Positions 1 through 9,485 of a stretch of 64,000 nt of DNA are shown piece after piece. The notes beneath the pieces were generated by a model. That model searched no databases. It was not told the DNA's origin and worked only from the letters and a program-made list of their open reading frames with translations. The position numbers and the translations under genes were made by a program. The number at the start of each line of letters is the position of its first letter. Positions within the stretch are counted from its first letter, which is position 1. This DNA comes from Bacteroidota bacterium. Lineage in GTDB: Bacteria > Bacteroidota > Bacteroidia > Chitinophagales > JADIYW01. Location of the stretch: contig JADIYW010000002.1 in the NCBI GenBank assembly GCA_016705125.1, positions 147,981 to 211,980 of the forward strand. Direction: 5' to 3'.

Positions 1-120
1 ATTACCAACTAAATTGCCTGATGCATCGGTTTCGGTTATTTCGTCTTTACTAAAATGAAACTCCTTTTTGCAACTGCTAAAAAGAACAACTAAGATTAAA
101 AATTTGAATAAATGTTGCAT
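1..120 (-). CDS. lipoprotein, N-terminal fragment (gene runs off the left edge of the window)
   Basis: Minus-strand ATG at 118-120 reads MQHLFKFLILVVLFSSCKKEFHFSKDEITETD. This is a hydrophobic signal peptide followed by a lipobox-like SSC. The frame stays open to position 1. Below the ORF-track size cutoff. Confidence 0.45.
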   Translation of the reverse strand, partial: MQHLFKFLILVVLFSSCKKEFHFSKDEITETDASGNLVGN

Positions 121-191
121 GTTTTTATGATTTAAAAGTTAAAAAAATAGTATGGGAAATTTTAATCTCCCATACTTATAATTAGTTATTT

Positions 192-980
192 TTAGTAATA
201 GTATCCATAGTATGAACTTATTTGGTCATTCCACGAACCGTTGAACCAACCCACCCTTCGCCATTGTGTTAAGTCTGAAACAGGTTTTTCATTAATACAA
301 GATGGCAGTTCAAAACCAATAGCTCTTCCGCTAAAGCCACTATCTTGAAACAATATTAAATAAAATGATTTGTTATACCCTGCACTCAATATTTTGATAG
401 AACTTATATTATCATTCGTGCCCGATGGTACTGAGCTTAATGCATACCCCTGCACATTTACTATTCCATTCTGATTCCAATTATCATTAATATTGCTAGA
501 GCCTGGTGTATAATGATTTACAGACATATTACTAGAATTTGGATTAAATATTAGTTGGTTCATCATATCTACATAATTGATATGCCTATAAAACCTAGTA
601 TTTGCATCTTTTACTGTTGTATTACATACCATTTGCCTGTTTTCTTCTGCTTTGCTATTATCCAATTGGTGAGTATGTGCATACTCCACCATTTCATTAT
701 CAAAAAACTCAATTCGGTTATCTGCTGTAAAAAACACTAAACCTTTATCATTTTTATTTAATAGGTTCTCTACAAATTTGGCATCTTTGCCTACAGCTGC
801 AGCTTTTTGTGTTACTTCATCGTAATTTACGGTATATTCATATTCAATACCTTTGTAGGACATTTTTAGCTGATGTTCTACAATACTAGTTTGTGCAAAG
901 TGGGCTTTCTCTTTGCTGCATGAACCCAACATAATAACTGCTACTGCCATTATGCAAATGTAAACGTTAATTTGTTTCAT
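192..980 (-). CDS. secreted lipoprotein of unknown function
   Basis: 262-aa ORF. The N-terminus MKQINVYICIMAVAVIMLGSCSKE is a signal peptide with a lipobox Cys. The C-terminal part (FYLILFQDSGFSGRAIGFEL...WNDQISSY) weakly resembles a beta/gamma-crystallin Greek-key repeat by eye. Confidence 0.6.
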   Translation of the reverse strand: MKQINVYICIMAVAVIMLGSCSKEKAHFAQTSIVEHQLKMSYKGIEYEYTVNYDEVTQKAAAVGKDAKFVENLLNKNDKGLVFFTADNRIEFFDNEMVEYAHTHQLDNSKAEENRQMVCNTTVKDANTRFYRHINYVDMMNQLIFNPNSSNMSVNHYTPGSSNINDNWNQNGIVNVQGYALSSVPSGTNDNISSIKILSAGYNKSFYLILFQDSGFSGRAIGFELPSCINEKPVSDLTQWRRVGWFNGSWNDQISSYYGYYY

Positions 981-1102
981 AAAATATATTTTTGGTTAAT
1001 TAATAGCATCAAAAGTAAAAATTAGTTAATATTGCAGTGTGAAATGCTTGGCTATAAAGTATAGCCATAAAGTATAATTTATAACCTCATAAATACTATA
1101 AT

Positions 1103-1486
1103 ATGACTTATAGCAATATTGGCAGCAAAATTAAATTTGTACGTTCAAAAGTAAGAGACTATACACAAGATTATATGGCGAGCAAATTAGGCATAAGCCA
1201 AAATACCTATTGCAAAATAGAAAATGGGCAAATAAACCCTACTCTGGAAAGACTTGAAGAGATTGCAAATATATTAGAAATTCCTATAGTTGATTTATTG
1301 AGTATTAATGAACATATTGTACTCAATAATTGTATCAACTCGGCCGCTATAGTAAATGGCAATATGATTAATAACGACATTACAAAATTACAATCTATTT
1401 TTAAACAAGAAATAGACGACTTAAAAGCTGATTTCACTATGCAATTTGATACTATTTTAGGTAAAATAAAAAATGGCAAACTGTAA
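1103..1486 (+). CDS. XRE-family helix-turn-helix transcriptional regulator
   Basis: 127-aa ORF. IKFVRSKVRDYTQDYMASKLGISQNTYCKIENGQINPTLERLEEIANIL is a canonical Cro/C1-type HTH. Confidence 0.8.
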   Translation: MTYSNIGSKIKFVRSKVRDYTQDYMASKLGISQNTYCKIENGQINPTLERLEEIANILEIPIVDLLSINEHIVLNNCINSAAIVNGNMINNDITKLQSIFKQEIDDLKADFTMQFDTILGKIKNGKL

Positions 1487-1524
1487 AATTTGCCATTAAC
1501 TATATTTCTATTTTTTAAAAAAAT

Positions 1525-1668
1525 TATTCCTCCTTCAAATTTTCCAACTTCGCCATCGACATCATTTGTTTCATGGTTTTATCCATTCCTTCTACACTTC
1601 CATCCAAAAAATATTACATTTCCCTTACCATGCTCTGCAAAGTTTTTGATAGATTCCGTCCACATACA
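1525..1668 (-). pseudogene. decayed duplicate of the 3-prime end of the SPFH gene (copy of ~2583-2727)
   Basis: Same-orientation near-identical repeat of 2583-2727; the core 1552-1667 matches 2614-2728. On the minus strand it encodes MWTESIKNFAEHGKGNVIF, then loses frame through a 1-nt indel in an A run. Confidence 0.75.
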
Positions 1669-1691
1669 GAACAATTTTGGCCATATGTTCA

Positions 1692-1862
1692 TTATTTTAA
1701 CTGGCCTTTCTTTTTAATCTTTTTAGGCGTAGAAATTTTTACAATCTCTCCAGTTTTTTTATAGTGAGTAATTATGTTACTAATTTGCCTTTTCTCCCAA
1801 TCCTTTAATGGACGTGAGTCAACTACAAAATCTATACCTTCTGGCTCTCTTATTAATCCCAT
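1692..1862 (-). CDS. small hypothetical protein (56 aa, basic C-terminal tail)
   Basis: ATG at 1862 lies 3 nt after the stop of the upstream 174-aa ORF. It reads MGLIREPEGIDFVVDSRPLKDWEKRQISNIITHYKKTGEIVKISTPKKIKKKGQLK and stops at 1692-1694. Below the ORF-track cutoff; supported only by tight coupling. Confidence 0.4.
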   Translation of the reverse strand: MGLIREPEGIDFVVDSRPLKDWEKRQISNIITHYKKTGEIVKISTPKKIKKKGQLK

Positions 1863-1865
1863 AAC

Positions 1866-2390
1866 TCAAATTTTAAAATATTTTTTAATCAATCTTAATG
1901 CTTCCTTAGGAAAAATAACCATTTTGTGGTTACCTACATGAACCGCTCCTAAAGTATTTTCATAATGCTCAATCAATTTAGTTTTTGAAACAAATGAAAC
2001 GAATCCTTCATGTTTTCTGTTCCATGATTCCTTGCACAAAAATGCTACCAAATTACCTGCAACTCCAACATAAATTTTATTTTTCCCCTTATTAAATGGT
2101 GCGCTTTCAATTACATGCATAAATAAATGATCGTTCTCGTCTGAAAAACTAATCAGTCCTTGAATTACGTTTGAATTATCCTTTATTGTCAATTTATAAA
2201 CTTGCCTATTTGATTGATCAAATTCATATTTCCAATCAAATTGCCATCCATTTCCTTTATTAATCGATCTTAGTTCTTCTCGTGAAATCAAAAACAAATC
2301 AGTATCAAAACTATCTCCCGAAAATGCATTCTCTATGCTATTTGTTAATTTGTCAATTTCGATATCAATATTTTGCACCTTTTTTGTCAT
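1866..2390 (-). CDS. GNAT-fold acetyltransferase-like protein (tentative)
   Basis: 174-aa ORF. The segment VGVAGNLVAFLCKES...GFVSFVSKTKLIEHYENTLGA resembles the GNAT beta4-alpha3 acetyl-CoA region and the C-terminal Y-E-x-x-G-F type motif. By eye only. Confidence 0.5.
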   Translation of the reverse strand: MTKKVQNIDIEIDKLTNSIENAFSGDSFDTDLFLISREELRSINKGNGWQFDWKYEFDQSNRQVYKLTIKDNSNVIQGLISFSDENDHLFMHVIESAPFNKGKNKIYVGVAGNLVAFLCKESWNRKHEGFVSFVSKTKLIEHYENTLGAVHVGNHKMVIFPKEALRLIKKYFKI

Positions 2391-2582
2391 TATACAAATT
2401 TACTAATAATCATTGATAATATTGCCCAATTATTTGGTTTTATTATAAGCGTCATAGAGTAATAAAAGAGTAACTTCAAAAAAAATAAAAATTTAAAAGC
2501 CTATATTTTTAAACCAAACCTTTGATTGAAAAAGGTAAACCTTAAGATTTGCCCCTTAAAATATTTAGTATTTTTTTAAATT

Positions 2583-3512
2583 CTATTCTTCCGACTTCAA
2601 ATTTTCTAGTTTGGCCATCGACATCATTTGTTTCATGGTTTTATCCATTCCTTCTACGCTTCCATCCAAAAAGATTACATTTCCCTTACCATGCTCTGCA
2701 AAGTTTTTGATAGATTCCGTCCACATACTAAATAAAATCATAGATGAATCCAAGTTTGCATCTTGCATCATTTTGGCTGCACCCGCCATACCCACAGCTA
2801 CCTCCTCTCTAAACAATGCAATACCCTGTCCACGTAATTGAGCAGCTTCTTTTTCTGCTGCAGCAGATATTTTAATTGCATTTCCTTCGGCCTCTGCCGC
2901 TTTAGTTTTGGTAATCAATAAGGCTTGACCTTCGTTTTCAGCGGCAGCCTTTAAGTTGTTTGAAGCCACTACTTTCGACATTGATTTGATTACTTCTTCA
3001 TCAAAGTTAATATCGTTTAGTTGTAAGTCAATTAAATGATAACCCCAACTTTCAAGTGTTTTATCCAACTGATCTTTCACTTCTTCAACTATATCATGTC
3101 GTAGGGTTAGGACTTCACTTTGCTTTTTAGTGGCTACAAATGCCCTTACACTACCTTCAACCGAACGCACTAATGCCTGCATAAAATTACGGTCGTCAAT
3201 AAATTTAAATGCCACATTTTTAATCGTTTCCTCTGTTTGATCTAGCACTGAATACAATAACATCGCAGTAAAATTTACATTCGCTTGGTCTATTGTAGTT
3301 GCTTGAAATCCCAATTCAGCACTCCTATTTTGAATTGAAATTCTTTTTGAAATCACCTCAATAAAAGGTATTTTCATACTCAAACCTGGTGTTAGAAGTC
3401 TACGATATTTACCAAATATGGTTACTACTGCTACTGTTCCTTGTTGTACGGTTACAAATGTAAGAAACAGAATTACTAGGGCTAAGCCCAAAATCACATA
3501 AAGTCCAATCAT
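2583..3512 (-). CDS. SPFH/band-7 (stomatin/flotillin-like) membrane protein
   Basis: 309 aa. An N-terminal TM helix is followed by VQQGTVAVVTIFGKYRRLLTPGLSMKIPFIE, typical of the SPFH domain, and by an Ala/Glu-rich coiled-coil C-terminal part. Confidence 0.85.
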   Translation of the reverse strand: MIGLYVILGLALVILFLTFVTVQQGTVAVVTIFGKYRRLLTPGLSMKIPFIEVISKRISIQNRSAELGFQATTIDQANVNFTAMLLYSVLDQTEETIKNVAFKFIDDRNFMQALVRSVEGSVRAFVATKKQSEVLTLRHDIVEEVKDQLDKTLESWGYHLIDLQLNDINFDEEVIKSMSKVVASNNLKAAAENEGQALLITKTKAAEAEGNAIKISAAAEKEAAQLRGQGIALFREEVAVGMAGAAKMMQDANLDSSMILFSMWTESIKNFAEHGKGNVIFLDGSVEGMDKTMKQMMSMAKLENLKSEE

Positions 3513-3585
3513 TTTTTAATTATTTTAATTTACAATCAATATTACTACAATTCTTAATACAAAAAAATTCCATTTTGAAAAAAAA

Positions 3586-4068
3586 TTATAAATGTTCGCT
3601 ATCAAAGAAAAGGGGCAATAAATCTTTTACAGTATTAAATATAAAAACAGCCCCACTTTCACCTGATAAAATCAACCTTATATTTTGGTGTTGTTTGAAT
3701 TCTGATTCCAATATCGTTTGCCTACAAATACCACAAGGCGCTACTGGTTGGTCCACTACTGATAAAACCGTGGAAGCCGTAATGGCAATGGTTAATATTT
3801 TATCTTGCGGAAATAATGCAACCACAGCAGCCAAGGCTGTTCGCTCTGCACATAATCCAATTGGATAAGAAGCATTTTCCTGATTACTGCCTTTTATTAT
3901 TTGTCCATTTTCTAATAATACAGCCGCTCCAACCTTAAATTTTGAATAGGGCGAGTGACTGCCTTTTTTTGCATCAAATGCTGAATGAAGCAATATTTGA
4001 TCATCATCTGACAAGTCAGACTTTGAGTTAAAATATTGATATTGTATGTGTAAATTTTTAATTTCCAT
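3586..4068 (-). CDS. cdd: cytidine deaminase
   Basis: 160 aa with the zinc-ligand motifs CAERTA and PCGICRQ of the cytidine/deoxycytidylate deaminase family. Confidence 0.9.
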   Translation of the reverse strand: MEIKNLHIQYQYFNSKSDLSDDDQILLHSAFDAKKGSHSPYSKFKVGAAVLLENGQIIKGSNQENASYPIGLCAERTALAAVVALFPQDKILTIAITASTVLSVVDQPVAPCGICRQTILESEFKQHQNIRLILSGESGAVFIFNTVKDLLPLFFDSEHL

Positions 4069-4131
4069 GATAAATTAGTTAGTAATAAAAATATTCTTTT
4101 TCCAAAAATAAAAAAAGGGGTGTGAATATAA

Positions 4132-4677
4132 TTAAATTTCTTTATTCATTAGCATATAATTCAACCTATACATTCCAATTATAGTTAAGGAATCTCTAAT
4201 CTCGCCATTATGAATCATTTTCATCACTTCATCAATATGTATTTTTTTTATTTCTAACAATTCGGTTTCGTCCCATTTTATTTGAACTGATTTCAAATTC
4301 CTAGCCAGATAGATAATTGCTTTCTCATCTGTCACCGAATTAGAAGTATTAAATTCTGTCAATTTATCCCATTGCTCCGCTTCTAATCCTACTTCCTCCT
4401 GTAATTCTCGCTTGGCTGCATCGAGAGGATTATCATCAACTAATCCTCCTCCTTCCGGAATTTCCCAGCTGTACGCACCCAATGCATACCTATATTGCCC
4501 CACCAACCAAGTATTATTTTCTTCATCCAGTGGAATGATACCAATCGCCAAATTCTTGAAATGGACTGTTCCGTAAATACCATCTGTTCCAGTAGGGGTA
4601 ATTACATCCTCATGACTGACTTTTATCCATTTATTTTCATAAACAGTTGTTTTAGACTTTGTTTTCCAAGGATTCAT
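4132..4677 (-). CDS. NUDIX hydrolase (ADP-ribose pyrophosphatase-like)
   Basis: 181 aa containing the Nudix box GGGLVDDNPLDAAKRELQEEVGL. Confidence 0.85.
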   Translation of the reverse strand: MNPWKTKSKTTVYENKWIKVSHEDVITPTGTDGIYGTVHFKNLAIGIIPLDEENNTWLVGQYRYALGAYSWEIPEGGGLVDDNPLDAAKRELQEEVGLEAEQWDKLTEFNTSNSVTDEKAIIYLARNLKSVQIKWDETELLEIKKIHIDEVMKMIHNGEIRDSLTIIGMYRLNYMLMNKEI

Positions 4678-4681
4678 ATTG

Positions 4682-4751
4682 ATTTGAGAATTCAGATTTA
4701 TGATTTATGATGTAAGATTTGAGAATTCAAATTTAAGATTTGAGATTTGTA
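4682..4751. repeat. tandem heptamer array, 10 units (ATTTGAG consensus on + strand)
   Basis: Read directly: ATTTGAG AATTCAG ATTTATG ATTTATG ATGTAAG ATTTGAG AATTCAA ATTTAAG ATTTGAG ATTTGTA. It begins 5 nt upstream of the NUDIX start codon (4677, minus strand). Confidence 0.8.
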
Positions 4752-4896
4752 ATATTTTAAAACAATCACCTTAAAGCTTCATTTAGTTCAAAAGTATTAA
4801 GAAAAATTAGATTTATTTCAAATCATTTATTATTTAGAAAAAAATAAAATTACTATTTTCACCACTATCTTGCTTAAAACAAAATTTGTTTGGTTT

Positions 4897-5271
4897 TTAT
4901 CCTTGCCCATTATAAATATCCGCCGTTAATTCAAATATATTTCCCTCAGTATCCTTAAGTTTGGCTTTCCATTGGTCTCTATCTTTAAAATAAGAATAAA
5001 TTTCAGGATGCTGGATAATTATTGCGCCCAAACCACTCAACTTCCCAACGATTTCAACTATTTCTTCACTATTTAAAAAGTACGAAATAAAACTGCTAGT
5101 ATTTTCAATCTTTGAATCTAAAATAATTTGTGTATTGCCTAGCGAAAAATAGCTGCATTTATCTAATTCAAATTGAAAATCAAGACCTAAACCTACTGAA
5201 TAAAAATGAGTCGCCCTTTTTAAATCTTTCACTGGAATTCTAACCACATCAATATATTGAATGATACCCAT
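4897..5271 (-). CDS. VOC (glyoxalase/bleomycin-resistance fold) family protein
   Basis: 124 aa. The N-terminal VRIPVKDLKRATHFYSVGLGL and C-terminal KDTEGNIFEL are typical of VOC paired beta-alpha-beta-beta-beta modules. Confidence 0.7.
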   Translation of the reverse strand: MGIIQYIDVVRIPVKDLKRATHFYSVGLGLDFQFELDKCSYFSLGNTQIILDSKIENTSSFISYFLNSEEIVEIVGKLSGLGAIIIQHPEIYSYFKDRDQWKAKLKDTEGNIFELTADIYNGQG

Positions 5272-5284
5272 AAGTCATTTTTTT

Positions 5285-6445
5285 TTACCTAAACAATACT
5301 ATTCTAAACTTTGTACCCTTCCCCACTGCCGACGATTCCACAAATATTTTACCGTGGTGATACGTTTCAATTATCCGCTTACAAAGTGACAAACCAAGTC
5401 CCCAACCACGCTTTTTGGTGCTAAATCCGGGTTGAAACACTGTTTTAAATTTGCTCCTTTCTATCCCCTTTCCCGAATCTATTACATCTATTATGGATTC
5501 ATTATTCGATTCTTTTAATATAATTTTAATTTCCCCCTTGCCATCTATGGCATCTAAAGCATTTTTAAGCAAATTTTCAATTACCCACTCAAACAAGGCC
5601 GAATTTAACATTGCTGTGCCTTCTCCATTCGTTTGATCTTCGAAATAAAATTCCACAAATTTAGATCCTCTTTTGGCAATATAATCCATTGTTTTTTGCA
5701 ACAAATCTGGCAAATTTGTCTCTTGCAAGTCGGGCTTCGATCCAATTTTCGAAAATCGCTCAGCCACCAACTCTAGCCTCGAAATGTCTTTTTCAAAATC
5801 ATCCAACAAAGCCACATCAGCTTCTTCTGTATATCTATCTCTCAATATGTCCACCCAACCATTCATCGAGCTAAGCGGCGTCCCAAGCTGGTGCGCTGTT
5901 TCCTTTGCCATACCTACCCATACTCTATTTTGCTCCGCTCTTTTCGACGAATTATATGCCACATAACCCACCAAAAAAAACAATGACACCAATCCAATCT
6001 GATAAAATGGATACCATTTAATCCTTCTAAGCAAATGCGAATCCTTATAATACAAGTATTGCGGTTCACTGCCTTCATAGGCTATTTTCACAAATCTTTT
6101 TTGCTTTTTCAATCGAGCCAATTGGTGACTAAGGTATTTTTCTTTTGCAATATCTATCGAATCAAAATTTTTCTGCCCAAAAATTTGTCCCGTACTATCT
6201 GCCCAAATTACAGGAATTTGGTCATTCTCCTTTATTAGCTCAAGCGATTTTTCCAATGCCACCAAATCTGTCGAAGTATTTAACACCTCATAGGTATTGG
6301 CCAATTTCTCCACCTTCATTTTCTCTTGGTCCGATATTTCTTCCGCCAATCGTTGAGTATATACCAACGAAAAAACAACTATTACAATTGCAATAAACAA
6401 CAATACTTTTTTAAGTTGATTTCGCTGGGTATAAATATCTGACAT
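5285..6445 (-). CDS. sensor histidine kinase
   Basis: 386 aa with two TM segments, H-box HQLGTPLSSMNGW, N-box NLLKNALDA, and G-boxes DSGKGI and GWGLGLSL. Confidence 0.85.
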   Translation of the reverse strand: MSDIYTQRNQLKKVLLFIAIVIVVFSLVYTQRLAEEISDQEKMKVEKLANTYEVLNTSTDLVALEKSLELIKENDQIPVIWADSTGQIFGQKNFDSIDIAKEKYLSHQLARLKKQKRFVKIAYEGSEPQYLYYKDSHLLRRIKWYPFYQIGLVSLFFLVGYVAYNSSKRAEQNRVWVGMAKETAHQLGTPLSSMNGWVDILRDRYTEEADVALLDDFEKDISRLELVAERFSKIGSKPDLQETNLPDLLQKTMDYIAKRGSKFVEFYFEDQTNGEGTAMLNSALFEWVIENLLKNALDAIDGKGEIKIILKESNNESIIDVIDSGKGIERSKFKTVFQPGFSTKKRGWGLGLSLCKRIIETYHHGKIFVESSAVGKGTKFRIVLFR

Positions 6446-7131
6446 AATTCAAAATAGATTACTTAGTTGCAAACGCAATCAAATCTATAATATTTTGCAC
6501 TAAAAGTAAAGATAAAACAAATATAAAATTTGGAGCTATTCCCGCTTTGCGCTTGTATCCACCCTTTCTGGGTGGTATATCGCTTCAATCGGGGCTAAGG
6601 CATTACCCACCAAAAAATAATTTCTCCCAATTTTACTATTTTAACAAATCACATTTTTTATTGTTATTCATTTTATTTATCATTGCACAAACATTTGTTT
6701 TGAAAATAGTATATGCATATTTTTTACTTGCTATAATTTGCCTTAGTTCATTGGACTTAATATTACATTTTGCTGATTTTGGTAAAAAATCAAATGTCGA
6801 AATAAGTCAAAACAATAATGACGCTTCCTCAGAGGAAAATCAGAATTATGAAAAAGATGGTGAAGAGAAAGATAAAATATTTAATTTTCATACTATCAAA
6901 TTATGTAAATTAAAGGCTAAAAAAACAAAAATCTCCCAATTAAACCAAATAGTTTACGCTCAAAATCACCCTCAAATACTTGATCAACCGCCAAAGATTA
7001 ATTTCAATTCTTAAAGTTTCTTTTTTCAAAAGATTCACTAATTTTTCATCCATAAGTTTTTTTATTGGTTTTTAATTCTAATATCAATTATTAAATTTTC
7101 TTACCAATTATTCAATCAAATATTTTCTGTT

Positions 7132-8739
7132 ATGTCTATAAAATCAAATATTTTCGGCCATTTAAAATCCGATATTCCTGCTGGAATAGTTGTTTTTCTT
7201 GTTGCATTACCCCTTTGTTTGGGCATTTCCTTAGCATCAGGTGCCCCATTTTTCTCTGGTATTATATCAGGTATTATAGGTGGAGTAATAATCGGTTCAC
7301 TTAGTGGTTCAAAACTTAGTGTAAGTGGCCCAGCAGCTGGCTTGGCAGCACTTGTATTAGCTGCAATTCACAATATTGGCGACTTCAATCTTTTCTTATG
7401 TGCAGTGTTGATTGCTGGAATTTTACAAATAATAATTGGTTTGGCCAAATTAGGAGGTATTGCCAATTATTTTCCATCAAGTGTTATCAATGGAATGCTA
7501 ACCAGTATTGGTATTTTAATTATTGCAAAACAAATACCTCACGCTTTTGGTTATGACAAAGAAGAAAACGGGCAACTAACTGAATTAATGCCTTTCGGCG
7601 ATATTCACGAATTGTTTGTACCCTTAAATCATATAGATGTGGGCGTATTCCTAATTTGCATTATTTCCATAATCATTATGGTGGTATGGGAAAAACCATT
7701 CATTAAAAATAGGTTCAAATTTGTACCAGGCGCTTTAGTAGCCGTAATTGTTTCTATCATCATAAACGAAATATTAAAAGCAACCAATAATTCGTTCACA
7801 ATTGTTCAAGATCATCTTGTAAATGTAAAAGTGGCAAGAAGTCCCGCAGAATTTTTTAGTTTTTTTACACTTCCTGATTTTAGAGGATTTTTAGATAGTA
7901 AAGTTATTATTACTGGAATAATGATTGCAATTATTGCATCCTTAGAGACATTACTAAGTATAGAGGCAGTTGACAATCTTGATCCAGAGCGCAATGTAAC
8001 CAATACCAACCGAGAATTGATAGCTCAAGGAATTGGGAATAGTATTGCAGGCTTAATTGGTGGTTTGCCAGTTACAAGTGTTATTGTACGTAGTAGTGCT
8101 AATGTAAATGCAGGAGCAAAAACTAAACTATCTGCAATTTTTCACGGTTTACTTTTATTGGTATGCATTATTCTTATTCCAAGCCTACTGAATAAAATTC
8201 CCCTATCTGCTTTGGCTGCAATTTTATTACTTACTGGGTACAAATTATGTAAACTTGATGTATTTAAAAAAATGATTAAGAATGGAAAATATCAATATAT
8301 CCCTTTCTTTGTTACCGTAATTGTTATTTTGTCTATTGATTTATTTGGTATTTATCCTCCCATAAAAGGAGAAGGTTTATTAATAGGGGTAATGGCAGGT
8401 TTAGTAGCTGCTTTTGGGGCAATCTTGCATGGCAATTTAAAAAATTCACATTATTACCATTCCGATAAAAAAGATGACAATACCCATATTACCTTACATT
8501 TGGCTGAGGAAGTATCGTTCTTAAACAAAGCAAGCATAAGAAAAAAATTGGATGAAATGCCAGAAAATTCATTTGTTGATATTGACGCTACTGACACCGA
8601 ATATATTGATTTTGATGTACTTGAATTAATAAAAGAATTCAAAAACATAAAAGCACCTTTAAAAAACATAAATTGTACCCTAATTAAATTTAAAGAAGAA
8701 TATAAAATGGAGACTTTCCAAGCTGGAAATACTCATTAA
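7132..8739 (+). CDS. SulP-family anion (sulfate/bicarbonate) transporter with C-terminal STAS domain
   Basis: 535 aa and polytopic. It has SulP-type segments (GIPAGIVVFLVALPLCLGISLASG, IAQGIGNSIAGLIGGLPVTSVIVRSSANVNAGAKT) and a soluble STAS-like tail. Confidence 0.9.
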   Translation: MSIKSNIFGHLKSDIPAGIVVFLVALPLCLGISLASGAPFFSGIISGIIGGVIIGSLSGSKLSVSGPAAGLAALVLAAIHNIGDFNLFLCAVLIAGILQIIIGLAKLGGIANYFPSSVINGMLTSIGILIIAKQIPHAFGYDKEENGQLTELMPFGDIHELFVPLNHIDVGVFLICIISIIIMVVWEKPFIKNRFKFVPGALVAVIVSIIINEILKATNNSFTIVQDHLVNVKVARSPAEFFSFFTLPDFRGFLDSKVIITGIMIAIIASLETLLSIEAVDNLDPERNVTNTNRELIAQGIGNSIAGLIGGLPVTSVIVRSSANVNAGAKTKLSAIFHGLLLLVCIILIPSLLNKIPLSALAAILLLTGYKLCKLDVFKKMIKNGKYQYIPFFVTVIVILSIDLFGIYPPIKGEGLLIGVMAGLVAAFGAILHGNLKNSHYYHSDKKDDNTHITLHLAEEVSFLNKASIRKKLDEMPENSFVDIDATDTEYIDFDVLELIKEFKNIKAPLKNINCTLIKFKEEYKMETFQAGNTH

Positions 8740-8756
8740 CAATTAAAAAAACCGCA

Positions 8757-9440
8757 ATGAAAACACATACTAAAGAAACGCAGGACAAATTAACGCCTAG
8801 AATGGCGATGGAAATTTTAAAAGAAGGAAACGGTCGATTTTTAAAAAATTTAAAAACAAACAGAAATTTATTAGAACAAGTAAATGCAACACGTGATGGC
8901 CAATGGCCTTTTGCAACTATTCTGAGTTGTATCGATAGTCGCACCTCTGCCGAGTTGGTTTTTGACCAAGGTTTGGGAGATATTTTTTCGGTTCGAATTG
9001 CAGGAAACATTGTAAATACAGACATTTTAGGCAGTATGGAATTTGCTTGTAAAGTGGCTGGTTCTAAATTAATCGTTGTACTTGGACATACTAAATGTGG
9101 TGCTGTAAAAGGTGCCTGCGACCATGTAGAGATGGGAAATTTAACCGAATTATTGGCAAAACTACAACCTTCCGTTTACCAAGAAAAACAAACCAAAGAA
9201 AATAGAAGTTCGAGTAATGGTGAATTCGTAGAGAATGTAGCCTCTATAAATGTAAAAAGAACGGTGAAAAATATAATTGAAAGAAGTTTTATTTTAGAAA
9301 ATATGGTCGAAAATGGAGAAATTGGTGTTGTGGGCGCAATGTATAATATCGAAACAGGGAAAGTAGAGTTTTATGATGAAGTAATGTTTATTCGAGATGA
9401 GCATAATCCAGATTTTTCTGTGGCACAATTGAGACATTAA
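8757..9440 (+). CDS. beta-class carbonic anhydrase
   Basis: 227 aa with beta-CA zinc ligand motifs SCIDSR and GHTKCGA. Confidence 0.85.
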   Translation: MKTHTKETQDKLTPRMAMEILKEGNGRFLKNLKTNRNLLEQVNATRDGQWPFATILSCIDSRTSAELVFDQGLGDIFSVRIAGNIVNTDILGSMEFACKVAGSKLIVVLGHTKCGAVKGACDHVEMGNLTELLAKLQPSVYQEKQTKENRSSSNGEFVENVASINVKRTVKNIIERSFILENMVENGEIGVVGAMYNIETGKVEFYDEVMFIRDEHNPDFSVAQLRH

Positions 9441-9485
9441 TACAAATTTTACACATTATGGCAATCAAACTAAAAAATTTAACAA

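Noticed and set aside
1490-1764. Two overlapping + strand ORFs (75 and 63 aa) downstream of the XRE gene
   Set aside because: They are antisense translations of the SPFH 3-prime remnant. The same peptide (ITFPLPCSAKFLIDSVH) appears antisense to the real SPFH gene at 2611-2841.
6547-7014. 155-aa + strand ORF between the histidine kinase and the SulP gene
   Set aside because: It starts at a TTG inside the GC-rich repeat patch and has no internal Met. Its composition is low-complexity A/T-driven (runs of F, I, L, N, K) and it shows no motif. It is more likely a non-coding spacer.
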